A stretch of DNA of 45,347 bases from Candidatus Parvarchaeota archaeon (GCA_023380585.1 JAMCRN010000004.1:1-45347); one strand, 5' to 3'. Shown: positions 8,504 through 18,212, counted from the first letter of the stretch. The notes: a model not told the origin generated them from the letters alone. Translations and numbers: made by a program.

Positions 8504-9739
8504 TTATCTTATGTTCTTTATCGAGTACTTCTTCGAGTCTTCTATAAGTTTGGAAACATCTTCGCTGGAGAAGTTCTGTGCCTTTGAAACAGAGAATATT
8601 TCACTCTTTAGACTTTTCCCGAATATGCCTTTATCATCTGTGCCTATCACCACTGGTATTTTTTTGTTCATAAGTTTTCTTATTGGATGGTCTGCAAAAT
8701 CTTTTATATCTGAGACCATTATATTAGCTGTCGGATTTATTTCCACGGCAACACCACTGTCTTTTAACTCGTCCAGCACGTCTTCCTGTCTTTGTATTAT
8801 CCTATCTATCCTGCCTTTTGTGTATTCTTTACCGAAATCGTCTTTCTGCCTAAAGTATATGTTCGGATCGATTATCGCTGCAAGCCCGTGGCCTATGCGG
8901 GCGGAATGGAGGGAATGTATCGACTCCATTATATTGTCCAGTCCCTCCTCGAGGCTCCTTGGGGATTCTCCGGCGTGAGGCACGGCTACTAACCCCATCT
9001 CCTCCCTTGCATACCTAAAAACGCCTTCTAGGCTTTTCATTGGGAGGATTTCCTGGTTCACAGCATCTATGCCGACCACGATATCTGATGCGTTTCTGTG
9101 ATGAGACAAATGCTCGTCTATCTTTTCCATCTGTTTCTCTAAGTTCCCTATCTTCTGGCTGTCTGGCCTGCCAAGATCGTCTACATAGTGCTGCTTCGCT
9201 ATCCCTAGAGTCAGATTCGCCTCAAACCCGTCCAGTTTCGACATCGCGTTTTCTATGCCTGCTACATACTCGTTTATCACGTCTACAGGGTCAGCAGCTG
9301 TGCCGGCTCTTACTGGGGAGAATGGATCCGCCCTTAATTCAAGATATCTGACTCCCTCTGTGTATGAGTCTACGCACACTGCCTCTGTCGCCTCAGTCCT
9401 TATCCTGCCATTGCAGAGTACAACATTAACAACCGGAAACCTTTGAAGTATGCTTTTGAAATTCGACATTGTCTTTTTGAGCACTCTGCTGTTTTCATTG
9501 TATACGAAATTATCGATGAAATATCTTCTATCGTCTTCTTGGTAACCCGATTCTTTTGCAAGGGAATCTATCAGCCCGGGACAGAACGGTTCAAGAAGCC
9601 TGTACAACTGCTCTCTTTTAACTTTATAAAGGCGGTATCGCAGAATCAGGTCGAATAGCGTTTCTGGCTTTACACTGCCGCTTATATGTGCGTGAAGGTC
9701 ATATAGACCATTATCTGGTATGTTTATTCCGTTTTCCAT
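8504..9739 (-). CDS. add: Adenosine/AMP deaminase-family amidohydrolase
   Basis: Metal and catalytic motifs in the canonical order: DLHAHISGS (HxH), VPHAGE (catalytic Glu), VIGTDD (Asp-Asp). At 411 aa it is longer than typical adenosine deaminases. Confidence 0.7.
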   Translation of the reverse strand: MENGINIPDNGLYDLHAHISGSVKPETLFDLILRYRLYKVKREQLYRLLEPFCPGLIDSLAKESGYQEDDRRYFIDNFVYNENSRVLKKTMSNFKSILQRFPVVNVVLCNGRIRTEATEAVCVDSYTEGVRYLELRADPFSPVRAGTAADPVDVINEYVAGIENAMSKLDGFEANLTLGIAKQHYVDDLGRPDSQKIGNLEKQMEKIDEHLSHHRNASDIVVGIDAVNQEILPMKSLEGVFRYAREEMGLVAVPHAGESPRSLEEGLDNIMESIHSLHSARIGHGLAAIIDPNIYFRQKDDFGKEYTKGRIDRIIQRQEDVLDELKDSGVAVEINPTANIMVSDIKDFADHPIRKLMNKKIPVVIGTDDKGIFGKSLKSEIFSVSKAQNFSSEDVSKLIEDSKKYSIKNIR

Positions 9740-9771
9740 ATGTATTATTTTTGTATGTGTTTAAATTATTT

Positions 9772-11556
9772 TCATTTTTTATCGTCCATTGTAAGCCCAT
9801 AATCCTGCTCCAATCTCTTGGTGTCGATGCCGGAAGGGGAGCCGTCCAATGGGGACTGGAATTTCTTGTTTTTAGGGAACAGTATAAAGTCCCTTATGTC
9901 ATAGTTGCCTTTTAAGACAGCGACTAGCCTGTCCAACCCCAGGGCTATACCGCCATGTATCGGCGCCCCGAAGGAGAGCGCTCTCAGGAGGAATCCCAAT
10001 GAAGATTCGATCTGTTCTTCTGAAAGTCCCATCTTTGAGAGGACTTTTTTCTGCAACTCCGGCTCATGTATCCTTATAGAGCCTCCTCCTATCTCTATAC
10101 CGTTTAAGACAAGATCGTATCTCCTGCCGATAACCTTCTCTGGATGAGTATCGAGCAGCTTCACTGTATCCTGTGTTGGGGCGACAAATGGATTGTGCAT
10201 TGGCTGAAGGCTCCCGCTTATCTCGTCTCTCTCGAACAATGGGAACCTTTCCACCCATAAAAAAGCGTATCTGCTCCCTGCCATGCCAAGCAACAGGCCG
10301 ACTATCCTGCCTACCTTTGACATGGCGGAAAGAAGTAAGTTCTCGGACGTATCCGAACCTACAAGGATAAGGTCCCCATCCTTAGCATCCAGCTTTGAAA
10401 TGAGCTTTTTTTCCGCCTTTTTAAGTGAAGCGGTTATCGTCGGCGGATCCGATTCGATCTTGCCGTTGGAAACATAAACCCATGTAAGCCCTTTAAGGCC
10501 AAAGTTCTTAGCGACTTCTACAAGCTCCAGTATCTGTTTCTTGCTCAATTTTTGAGATTTCTTCCCCATTTCAGCTGGGAATCTGATAGCCTTGACCTTA
10601 CCGCCGGCTGCTATTACCCGTTTTATCACGTTGTAGTCTGTGTCTTCAAATTCCATCGTCGTGTCGATGAGAAAGTTTTTGAAACGCGTGTCTGGTTTGT
10701 CGCTTCCGTAAAGTTCCATGGCCTTGGAATAATCTATTTTCTGGAACGGCGTCGCCAGATCCAGCCCAAGGACTTGCTTGAAGACGCTTTTTAACATCCC
10801 TTCTATGAGTCCCTGTATATACGCTTCGTCCTTGAATGAGACCTCCAAGTCTACCTGTGTGAATTCCGGCTGGCGGTCTTCTCTTGGGTCTTCGTCTCTG
10901 AATACTTTAGCTATCTGGAAATACCTGTCCAAACCGCCGATCATGGCGATCTGCTTGTATATCTGCGGTGACTGCGGCAGGCCGTAAAACTTCCCTTTGT
11001 TTGACCTGGATGGACTTATGAACGTCCTGGAACCGCTTGCATCAAAAGTATCTCTTACTAGTATAGGCGTCTCCAGCTCAAGGAAGCCGTTTTCCCAAAA
11101 GAACTTGCGTATGCATTTGGTCACGGCGTCCCTAAACTCTACGTTCTCTATCATCTTCCTTCTCCTCAGGTCAAGGTACCTGTATTCCATCCTTAATTCG
11201 TCTGACGGCAAAAACTTCTCCTTCTCCTCCGTTATCTCAAATACTGGGACTTTCGAAGTGCTTATTACATTGAAAGAAGAGACCAGGATCTCTACCTTGC
11301 CCGTGGGGTTCTCACTGTCTATATTGTCGCTGCTCCTTCCCCTTACCTTTCCGGAAACAGATATCACATACTCCCTGCCTATTGATTCCGCAGCTCCCTT
11401 TATCTCGCCTTCAAAGACAAGCTGGGTCGTGCCATATCTGTCAGCGAGGTCTATGAAAAGCTTTCCGCCATGGTCGCGTATATACCTGCACCACCCGTTT
11501 ACTGTCACAGCCTTTCCTATGTCGGCCTCTCTGGCTTTTCCGCAGTTTATTTCCAT
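9772..11556 (-). CDS. aspS: Aspartyl-tRNA synthetase, bacterial type (with GAD insertion domain)
   Basis: Class II motif 2 FRDEDPREDRQPEFTQVDLE and motif 3 GIALGLDRL, plus GGGSIRIH. An insertion of about 130 aa sits between motifs 2 and 3. The length is about 594 aa. The first codon in the track is TTG; the ATG is at 11556. Confidence 0.93.
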   Translation of the reverse strand: MEINCGKAREADIGKAVTVNGWCRYIRDHGGKLFIDLADRYGTTQLVFEGEIKGAAESIGREYVISVSGKVRGRSSDNIDSENPTGKVEILVSSFNVISTSKVPVFEITEEKEKFLPSDELRMEYRYLDLRRRKMIENVEFRDAVTKCIRKFFWENGFLELETPILVRDTFDASGSRTFISPSRSNKGKFYGLPQSPQIYKQIAMIGGLDRYFQIAKVFRDEDPREDRQPEFTQVDLEVSFKDEAYIQGLIEGMLKSVFKQVLGLDLATPFQKIDYSKAMELYGSDKPDTRFKNFLIDTTMEFEDTDYNVIKRVIAAGGKVKAIRFPAEMGKKSQKLSKKQILELVEVAKNFGLKGLTWVYVSNGKIESDPPTITASLKKAEKKLISKLDAKDGDLILVGSDTSENLLLSAMSKVGRIVGLLLGMAGSRYAFLWVERFPLFERDEISGSLQPMHNPFVAPTQDTVKLLDTHPEKVIGRRYDLVLNGIEIGGGSIRIHEPELQKKVLSKMGLSEEQIESSLGFLLRALSFGAPIHGGIALGLDRLVAVLKGNYDIRDFILFPKNKKFQSPLDGSPSGIDTKRLEQDYGLTMDDKK

Positions 11557-11562
11557 CAAAGA

Positions 11563-12858
11563 CTAATCATCCTCCCCGGTTAATATCTTTTTCGCCTCTT
11601 CTGCGACCGATTTCTGCGGCAGGCCGTATTTCCTGGAGACCGTATCAACTATAAAGTCGATGACTTTCGGGTTTTTCCTGTATCTCTTCAAAATATCCGG
11701 GTCATTTTCAAGTTCTTTTGATATGAACTCCCTGATCTTTAGCTTATCTGGCGTTTTATAGTCAGGCTTCAGTCCTTTCCTTATCCTTTCCATGATCTCT
11801 TTGTCTATTTGCACTCCGGCTTTTATGTATTCTGCTATTAGGCTGAAAGATTTTTCGTTCACTGAAGACCTGAACCTCTTCCCCGCTTCGACCACGTTCA
11901 AAATCGTGGAAGGATCGTACGCTGTTGAATTTAAACCATGATTTAAGAGACTGAGGGAATGCCTGTCAAATGCAACCAGCTGCATTATCGTGTCATAATC
12001 GAGTCCATTGCGTGAGGCGATAGACTTCGCCGTTTTCCTCACGTCTGCTTCTATATCCCCGGTCTTTATTTTTGAAGTGTCGTAATCTTCTAGGTCCGTT
12101 TCATAGATGTAGCCGTATTCCTCCTCGCTCTCCTTCTCTCTAGACGGCTCTGTCCTTTGCGATCGTTCGTCGTACCTCCTCGTTTCTTTTACTGGCTCGT
12201 TTCCCCTGGAAAGCAGGGACGCCTGCCTAGAGGCTTCGTATGCGGCAGCGTCCAGCAGGTTTTTTATACCTGTGACGTTCTTGACTTCGACCCTGTTGCT
12301 TCCCAATGAGATATTAAGATCGGTCTTTATCTCTTTGTCTATGTCTACGCCAAGATAATACAGGATTGACCACAATACGTACAAAAATTCCTTAAGCTCC
12401 TTTTCGCTCTTTATGTCAGGCTCCGTGACTATCTCCACTAGAGGAGTGCCGGAACGGTTAAAGTCTATTAGGCTGTATCTGTCCTCTCTTATCAATTTTG
12501 CCGGATCTTCTTCTATCTGTACCCTGCGTATCCTTATTTCTGTGTTTTCAAGCTTTATCTTCCCATCTCTTCCTATAGCGCCATCGATTTGCGTTATCTG
12601 GTAGGATTTCGGAAGGTCAGGATAAAAATACGTCTTCCTAACGAAGGAGATACTTCCGTTCACTACACATCCCAGGGCTATGCATACTGATTTCGCTATC
12701 CTTACTGCCTCGCCGTTGAGATATGGTTTCGAGCCGGGAAGACCCATGCATGTCGGACAAACGTTTGTGTTGGGCTGGTCGGCGTCTGCAGTGCTGCAGC
12801 TGCAGAAAAGCTTTGACCTTGTAGGCAACGCGACGTGCACTTCTAAGCCTATTTTCAT
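11563..12858 (-). CDS. gatB: Asp/Glu-tRNA amidotransferase subunit B
   Basis: N-terminus MKIGLEVHVAL..KLFCSC..CPTCMGLPGSKP..KTYFYPDLPKSYQITQ is diagnostic of GatB. An AGGTGA SD precedes the ATG. The gene has a 4-nt overlap with gatA. Confidence 0.9.
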   Translation of the reverse strand: MKIGLEVHVALPTRSKLFCSCSTADADQPNTNVCPTCMGLPGSKPYLNGEAVRIAKSVCIALGCVVNGSISFVRKTYFYPDLPKSYQITQIDGAIGRDGKIKLENTEIRIRRVQIEEDPAKLIREDRYSLIDFNRSGTPLVEIVTEPDIKSEKELKEFLYVLWSILYYLGVDIDKEIKTDLNISLGSNRVEVKNVTGIKNLLDAAAYEASRQASLLSRGNEPVKETRRYDERSQRTEPSREKESEEEYGYIYETDLEDYDTSKIKTGDIEADVRKTAKSIASRNGLDYDTIMQLVAFDRHSLSLLNHGLNSTAYDPSTILNVVEAGKRFRSSVNEKSFSLIAEYIKAGVQIDKEIMERIRKGLKPDYKTPDKLKIREFISKELENDPDILKRYRKNPKVIDFIVDTVSRKYGLPQKSVAEEAKKILTGEDD

Positions 12859-14201
12859 ATTTCACCTATATTATACTTGAATCTGTAGATGAAATCCTTC
12901 TCCCACTCTTTTCCAAAGGACAGTATAGAAAGATCCTCCATATGATCGCCTATGATCTGCATCCCTGTAGGCAGGCCTCCTACATAATCAGAAGGTAGGG
13001 ATATCGAAGGAAAGCCGCACAGGTTCGGCGGTATGGTCAATACATCCATTGAATAGTTCTGCACCGGAGTAAACGCCCTGGCTTCCTCTATCTTAGGCGC
13101 CAGGACCGGCATGGAAGGGGATATAATGAAAGAACCGTCCAGGATCTCTTTAAGCCGGTTTATTATTAGCCTCCTCACCTTCAGGGCCTTTTCATAGTAC
13201 ATGCTGCGCACGCTGGCGCTCCTGATAAAACTTCCCAGGACTATCTTTCTTTTGGCCTCCTCTCCAAATACGTTCCTGGAAGCGGAAAAGAAGGAATTAT
13301 AGTCCATGGAGAAGTCGGTGAGCTGTTCCCCATATTTGAACCCGGTGTATTTGGCGAGGTTTGTAGAGGCCTCAGCCATAGATACTATATAGTATGCGGG
13401 GACGGCGTATCCTATCTCGTTTACATCCTCATATCCTATCTTGAATCCCTTTGCTGAAAGCCTCCTGACGGAACGGTCGAATGAGGCTTTTATGCCCTTG
13501 TCCAGCCGCTCATAGAGCTGGTTTATTATCACTAGCCTGTCTTTTTCCTTTTTTAGGGGCTTAAAATCCGCACATGTAGAGTCGAATCCGTCCTTCCCCA
13601 CAGAAAGCTTGAAGACGTCAGATATGTCTTCGGAGGACCTGGCAATGAATCCTATCTTGTCCAAAGAGTTCGCATAGTCTATAAGACCATATCTTGATAT
13701 GACCCCATAGGTCGGCGTAAAACCCACTACGCCGCAAAAGCACGCCGGAGCAGATATAGACCCTCCAGTGGATTCAGCTATGGCCAAATGGTATTTCATG
13801 ATGGAAGCGGCAACGGCCGCACCGCTGCTTGACCCGCCTGCGACCCGCTCTTCATCGAAGGGGTTCCTAGCCGGGCTGATACAATTTATACCGAAGCTCC
13901 CGAACCCGAATTCATCCATGTTCGTTTTGCCAAGCACAGAGAAGCCGGCATCCTTTAATTTTTGTACGACCGTAGCATCGAATGGAGGCTTATATCCTTT
14001 TAGCATTCTAGAAGACGCTGTCGCTTCCATCCCGTCCACGCATATATTGTCTTTTACGCTTATCGGAAATCCTCTGTCTACGTCATGGCTGATCTCATTG
14101 AAGGCATGCAACCTGCCGTTTATCCTCTCCAGTTCCTGGATAAGATTCACGTAGTAATCTTCTGGTTTTTTCTTTTTTGAGAAGTCCCTTAAGCTGCTCA
14201 T
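12855..14201 (-). CDS. gatA: Asp/Glu-tRNA amidotransferase subunit A (amidase signature family)
   Basis: Amidase signature GGSSSGAAVAAS, length 448 aa. It is translationally coupled to gatC and gatB by 4-nt overlaps. Confidence 0.9.
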   Translation of the reverse strand: MSSLRDFSKKKKPEDYYVNLIQELERINGRLHAFNEISHDVDRGFPISVKDNICVDGMEATASSRMLKGYKPPFDATVVQKLKDAGFSVLGKTNMDEFGFGSFGINCISPARNPFDEERVAGGSSSGAAVAASIMKYHLAIAESTGGSISAPACFCGVVGFTPTYGVISRYGLIDYANSLDKIGFIARSSEDISDVFKLSVGKDGFDSTCADFKPLKKEKDRLVIINQLYERLDKGIKASFDRSVRRLSAKGFKIGYEDVNEIGYAVPAYYIVSMAEASTNLAKYTGFKYGEQLTDFSMDYNSFFSASRNVFGEEAKRKIVLGSFIRSASVRSMYYEKALKVRRLIINRLKEILDGSFIISPSMPVLAPKIEEARAFTPVQNYSMDVLTIPPNLCGFPSISLPSDYVGGLPTGMQIIGDHMEDLSILSFGKEWEKDFIYRFKYNIGEI

Positions 14202-14470
14202 ACCTTAGGCCCCAACACAAAAAACCTGTGTGTCTTAGTGTTTTTAAGCAGCCTCTCGCTCTTGTCGAAACGTATCACTTTGTCTTTCCTGGTCTGGCCT
14301 TGCAATTCTATTGGATGAAAAGCCGGCCGGAGGTCATGCGTGTCAACTTTGGATATCTGGTCAAAATATTTCAGTATTTCCTCCGTATCATCCTTGAGCC
14401 TGTCCTTTTCCTTCTTGTCGAGGTCCAGCCTGCATATCTTTAGAAGACGTTCGAATTCAGATTTTTCCAT
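14198..14470 (-). CDS. gatC: Asp/Glu-tRNA amidotransferase subunit C
   Basis: A 90-aa acidic/basic helical protein directly upstream of gatA, overlapping it by 4 nt. Confidence 0.75.
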   Translation of the reverse strand: MEKSEFERLLKICRLDLDKKEKDRLKDDTEEILKYFDQISKVDTHDLRPAFHPIELQGQTRKDKVIRFDKSERLLKNTKTHRFFVLGPKV

Positions 14471-14548
14471 AATAATATTATGTTGCCTTAAAGATTATTA
14501 TTCTCTGTTTTCCAGTGCTTCTCGTCTAAGGAATCGGCCATAACATGG

Positions 14549-15922
14549 TCAGATGCCATCAAGCCTCTCTATCTCTACTGGAGAAGGATACCTGTTGAGC
14601 TCCCTTGCTTCGTTCCTGTGCATCTCTATATAAGTCTCAAGCAATGGCTCTGTGAAAACACCCTTTAAAAAGGCATTGTCGGATTCCAGGGAATCGAGCG
14701 CCTGCTCCAGGCTGCTTGGTAGTTGCTTTACGCCGAGTTTTTTTATCTCCTCTTTGGAAAGCCTGTAGATGCTTTTATTGATGGGATCGCCGGGGTCTAT
14801 TTTCTTCCTTATGCCGTCTATTTCGGCCAAGGCTATGGCTGAAAGCGCAAGATAAGGGTTCGCTGAAGGGTCTGGTGCCCTATACTCTATCCTCTTGGTC
14901 TTTTCCATGTCTTTCTTGTAAGATGGCACGCGTACTATAGCGCTCCTGTTTGAGCGGCCCCATGCTATGTATACCGGAGCTTCGAACCCAGGTGTAAGCC
15001 TTCTGTAACTGTTCGTAGTCGGAGAAACTATGGCAGAAAGAGCGTCAGCATGCTGCATTATGCCACCGACAGCATACCTTCCTAGCTGACTTAGCTGGGC
15101 GTAATCGTCTTCGGCGTCGTAAAACGCATTTTTGCCGTCTTTTCCGGATAGGCTCGTGTTGACGTGCATGCCACTTCCATTGTCTCCGAAAAATGGTTTT
15201 GGTACGAAGCTGGCGTGCTTTCCGTCCGCGTGCGCTATGTTCCTGGCGGCATATTTCAGGGTCTGCACCATGTCCGCTGTATCTACCAGTCTGCCGAATC
15301 TGAAGTTTATCTCCACCTGGCCGTTCGTCGCCACTTCATGATGCGACGCCTCTATATCGAAACCAAAAGAGTCCTGTAGGGCCTCGACTATCTTTGACCT
15401 GGTGTCATATGTCCTATCAATCGGCTGCGATGAGTAATAACCTTCTTTGTAACCTATCGCCGGAGAGGACCCTATGCTCGGGTTCTCTTCTGAGCGAAGC
15501 GAGTAGCCCAAACCTGTGGAAGGGGTTTGATTATGGAAAGCGAACCCGTCGATTATGAAGAACTCCACTTCCGGCCCGAAGAAGCCAGAATAACCCATGT
15601 CGTTTATGACAGATTCCGTCTTTTCTGCCACATATCTCGGGTCCTTTTCGAACCTTTTAGAACCACCTGCATAGCTTATCTTATTGAGCACTCTAGAAGT
15701 ATCTGGTTTCCATGGAAGCCTCTTTTCAGTATCCATAACAGGAGTCAGGACCATGTCGCTTTCTTCTATCCCCATAAAGCCTGGTATGCTGCTGCCGTCG
15801 AGTTTTGAAAATCCTGTCTCTATGTTTTCTTTTGTCATCTGAGAAGACGGGACTATGACTTCCCTCAGCCTGCCAGAAATGTCAGTGAACTGCAATGCGA
15901 CCCATTTCTTCTTTTTTTTCAT
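14549..15922 (-). CDS. glnA: Glutamine synthetase, type I
   Basis: 457 aa. GS beta-grasp N-terminus (WVALQFTDISGRLREV) and a catalytic domain with GFFGPEVEFF, FGDNGSGMHVN and NPYLA motifs. Confidence 0.93.
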   Translation of the reverse strand: MKKKKKWVALQFTDISGRLREVIVPSSQMTKENIETGFSKLDGSSIPGFMGIEESDMVLTPVMDTEKRLPWKPDTSRVLNKISYAGGSKRFEKDPRYVAEKTESVINDMGYSGFFGPEVEFFIIDGFAFHNQTPSTGLGYSLRSEENPSIGSSPAIGYKEGYYSSQPIDRTYDTRSKIVEALQDSFGFDIEASHHEVATNGQVEINFRFGRLVDTADMVQTLKYAARNIAHADGKHASFVPKPFFGDNGSGMHVNTSLSGKDGKNAFYDAEDDYAQLSQLGRYAVGGIMQHADALSAIVSPTTNSYRRLTPGFEAPVYIAWGRSNRSAIVRVPSYKKDMEKTKRIEYRAPDPSANPYLALSAIALAEIDGIRKKIDPGDPINKSIYRLSKEEIKKLGVKQLPSSLEQALDSLESDNAFLKGVFTEPLLETYIEMHRNEARELNRYPSPVEIERLDGI

Positions 15923-16039
15923 AGAATATCCGTACGCACATCTGATACTCTATAAAGATTACAGAACATATATAAGCATTTTGGCGGACAAAAAAGACGC
16001 TTCTATGTGTATCGTATCGGCTTATGCTATGCAGACAGG

Positions 16040-16903
16040 TCAGCTATAGCTCTTGTTTACGGGTGCAGACGTGATCTGTGAACTCGAAGACGGCGCTGTG
16101 CCTATCGATGAAAGATTCACACCGAGCATGACACTGCTGTTCTGTACGACCGACAAAGACAGCGGCAGCCCTGTTTCAGCCGAAATGCAATATGTAAATG
16201 ATACCGGACCACCTGAAATGTTCGGTGGTGAAGTTACCTTCTCTATGTAGCAGCTGTACCCAAGCATCGACTTGCTGCCTAAAAACTGTATTGATGCGCC
16301 TTTAAAGACTGAAAGCGGTGATATAGAACCTACAGACGTGTTTGAAACGGACGTGATTATAAGCGGGATAGTATTGAAAATGTACGCCATATCAAAGGAA
16401 GTAATATTACTTGGGACTGGGAACTTGCTGCAGGAAAGGAACGAGCGTGAATTTATCGCGGATATCGTGGACTCTATAGTAGAATTGACTGGTGTGCTGT
16501 TTGTATAGAACTCCTGTCTGCATACAGAGAGGTCTTTTCCATCGAAGAAAGTTATGGCTTTTGTATTAAGAGACGCCGATGTATTAGGGACTAGATAGCG
16601 TGCAATGACATTGGCCCTGAACTCCTGGCCGTATTTCTCTATCCAAAATGTCCCTGGGTAGGAAAGATCTGATTGCCCCTGATTATAAAAAGAAAAAACG
16701 AACGAGAAGTTGAAAGGTGGAGAAGAAGCGTAAAGACTTTGCGAAGCCGACGCAAGTTGTGTGATATCCGACGAAGACTGCAGAGAGACGGCTGGACCTG
16801 TGCTTTTATTGAACCCTCCTATTAAAAACAAGATGGCGGTCACGACCAGCACGGCTCCTATCCCGATGATTATATTTTTCTCCACAAGCCTATTATCACG
16901 CAA
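16040..16903 (-). CDS. N-terminally anchored, sequon-rich secreted/surface protein; function unknown
   Basis: Single N-terminal TM (IIIGIGAVLVVTAILFLIGG). The track start is a TTG. A GTG at 16885 lies 21-22 nt downstream of a GTATATAA box and may be the real start. Confidence 0.55.
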   Translation of the reverse strand: MRDNRLVEKNIIIGIGAVLVVTAILFLIGGFNKSTGPAVSLQSSSDITQLASASQSLYASSPPFNFSFVFSFYNQGQSDLSYPGTFWIEKYGQEFRANVIARYLVPNTSASLNTKAITFFDGKDLSVCRQEFYTNSTPVNSTIESTISAINSRSFLSCSKFPVPSNITSFDMAYIFNTIPLIITSVSNTSVGSISPLSVFKGASIQFLGSKSMLGYSCYIEKVTSPPNISGGPVSFTYCISAETGLPLSLSVVQNSSVMLGVNLSSIGTAPSSSSQITSAPVNKSYS

Positions 16904-16943
16904 TCGCTTATATACATTGGCTTTTGCTGTATAAATTAATTAG

Positions 16944-18212
16944 ATGGAAGCGACAACTAATAAGATGAGATACAGGGACAAGGACGAAGCTTTCAAGTTC
17001 TTTTTGATATCAAGGGCGACAAGGAGCATAGCACTCGTGTTCGTCACGCTATCCCTGCCTCTTTACATGCTTTACTTGCATTACCAGATACTTGACATAG
17101 GCATAATATACTTTGCCATAATAGCCGTCAACGCGCTCTTCTCCATGCTTCTCGGGGCTTTGGGGGACAGGGTAGGGTATAAAAATGCTCTGATCATCGG
17201 AGAGACCCTGCCTCTGGTTGGACTGACATTGCTGGCGTCATATACGAATATAACTACAGTGGTGATCGCAGCGGCGCTCAGCGGCGTAGCTGGAGTCGCA
17301 GGAGGGATAAGAGGGACTTTTTCTCCCGGCTCGACCGCGCTTATCGTAAGCAACTGGAAAAATGAAAAGAGGAGGGTCGACAAGCTTGCAAAGACGATAT
17401 ACGTCGGATCAGCATCTGCTATATTAGGCGGCCTTATGCTTTACCTAAAAGGGGCGGCACTAGGCGCTTTTGGGGAAATAAACAGTTTCAGGATTTTGTT
17501 TGGGGTGTCCGCGTTTTTGATATTGATATCTTTGATCTCCTTGTTTTTTGTGGTAGAGGTAAGGAGGCCGAAGAAGACGACTATTGTCATGAAAATCGGC
17601 AGCCTTAAGTATTCCTTCAGGGTGATAGCTTCAAATGTGTTGAACGGGTTCGGTATAGGCATCGCGCTTCCTCTGCTCCCTATTTTTTTCGTGCTTAAAT
17701 ATGGCGTAAATACAGGCGAGATAGGCGCTATATACACTATATCATATGCCGCTACGGCGCTTGCAGCTTATTTCGCGATCGGAAGGATACATTCGAAAAA
17801 GTTTTCCGCTCTGCTTACTGCTTCATATACAAGAGTCCTCCAAGGGCTTATGCTCCTTCTTCTTGCGTTTTCGCCGTTTTTTGCACTAGCCTCTGTCTTA
17901 TTTGTAATCAGGTCTTTCGTAGCAGGCTTTGGGTCCCCGTCTAGAAGCGCCGTCAATATGCGAGGCATCAATGATCAGGATTATGGTACGGCGTCCAGCG
18001 TGATGGGATTGGCAAACAGACTATCCCAGACAAGCTCCGGCCTGTCTGGTTATCTCATGGAACTTTCTCTGTCGTCTCCTGCGCTTATCGGGGGAGCTAT
18101 GCAGATGGTAAGCGGATTTATCTATTTACGATTGCTATCGCCCAAGAAGAGAATACGCAAAAACGCCATCAGTTTACCAGCTCCCGCCTCGAATAGACGA
18201 GAAAAGCCATGA
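16944..18212 (+). CDS. MFS transporter
   Basis: About 12 hydrophobic segments and an MFS motif-A-like GALGDRVGYKNAL. Confidence 0.8.
   Translation: MEATTNKMRYRDKDEAFKFFLISRATRSIALVFVTLSLPLYMLYLHYQILDIGIIYFAIIAVNALFSMLLGALGDRVGYKNALIIGETLPLVGLTLLASYTNITTVVIAAALSGVAGVAGGIRGTFSPGSTALIVSNWKNEKRRVDKLAKTIYVGSASAILGGLMLYLKGAALGAFGEINSFRILFGVSAFLILISLISLFFVVEVRRPKKTTIVMKIGSLKYSFRVIASNVLNGFGIGIALPLLPIFFVLKYGVNTGEIGAIYTISYAATALAAYFAIGRIHSKKFSALLTASYTRVLQGLMLLLLAFSPFFALASVLFVIRSFVAGFGSPSRSAVNMRGINDQDYGTASSVMGLANRLSQTSSGLSGYLMELSLSSPALIGGAMQMVSGFIYLRLLSPKKRIRKNAISLPAPASNRREKP

Noticed and set aside
8504-9739. The adenosine deaminase considered as a defence-type deaminase (RADAR RdrB-like or CARF-fused Cad1-like).
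   Set aside because: It is too small and has no fused sensor domain. There is no partner ATPase or CRISPR/CBASS genes nearby, and the neighbours are housekeeping genes.
10997-11566. A 189-aa plus-strand ORF antisense to aspS. Similar long antisense ORFs occur at 23693-24256, 27771-28322, 39992-40504, 5899-6363 and 8511-8978.
   Set aside because: Each one overlaps a strongly supported CDS on the other strand, and none has recognisable motifs or a start context.
15905-15922. An A8 homopolymer right after the glnA start codon (MKKKKKW), considered as a slippage/phase-variation site.
   Set aside because: It encodes in-frame lysines of an essential housekeeping enzyme. There is no evidence of an alternative frame, so it is probably just an AT-rich N-terminal tag.
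18169-18212. Convergent 3'-end overlaps, considered as regulatory antisense arrangements. They are MFS/ABC-2 permease (44 nt) and orf35341/pyrG (20 nt, 35732-35751).
   Set aside because: Short convergent overlaps are common in compact archaeal genomes, and there is no additional signal.
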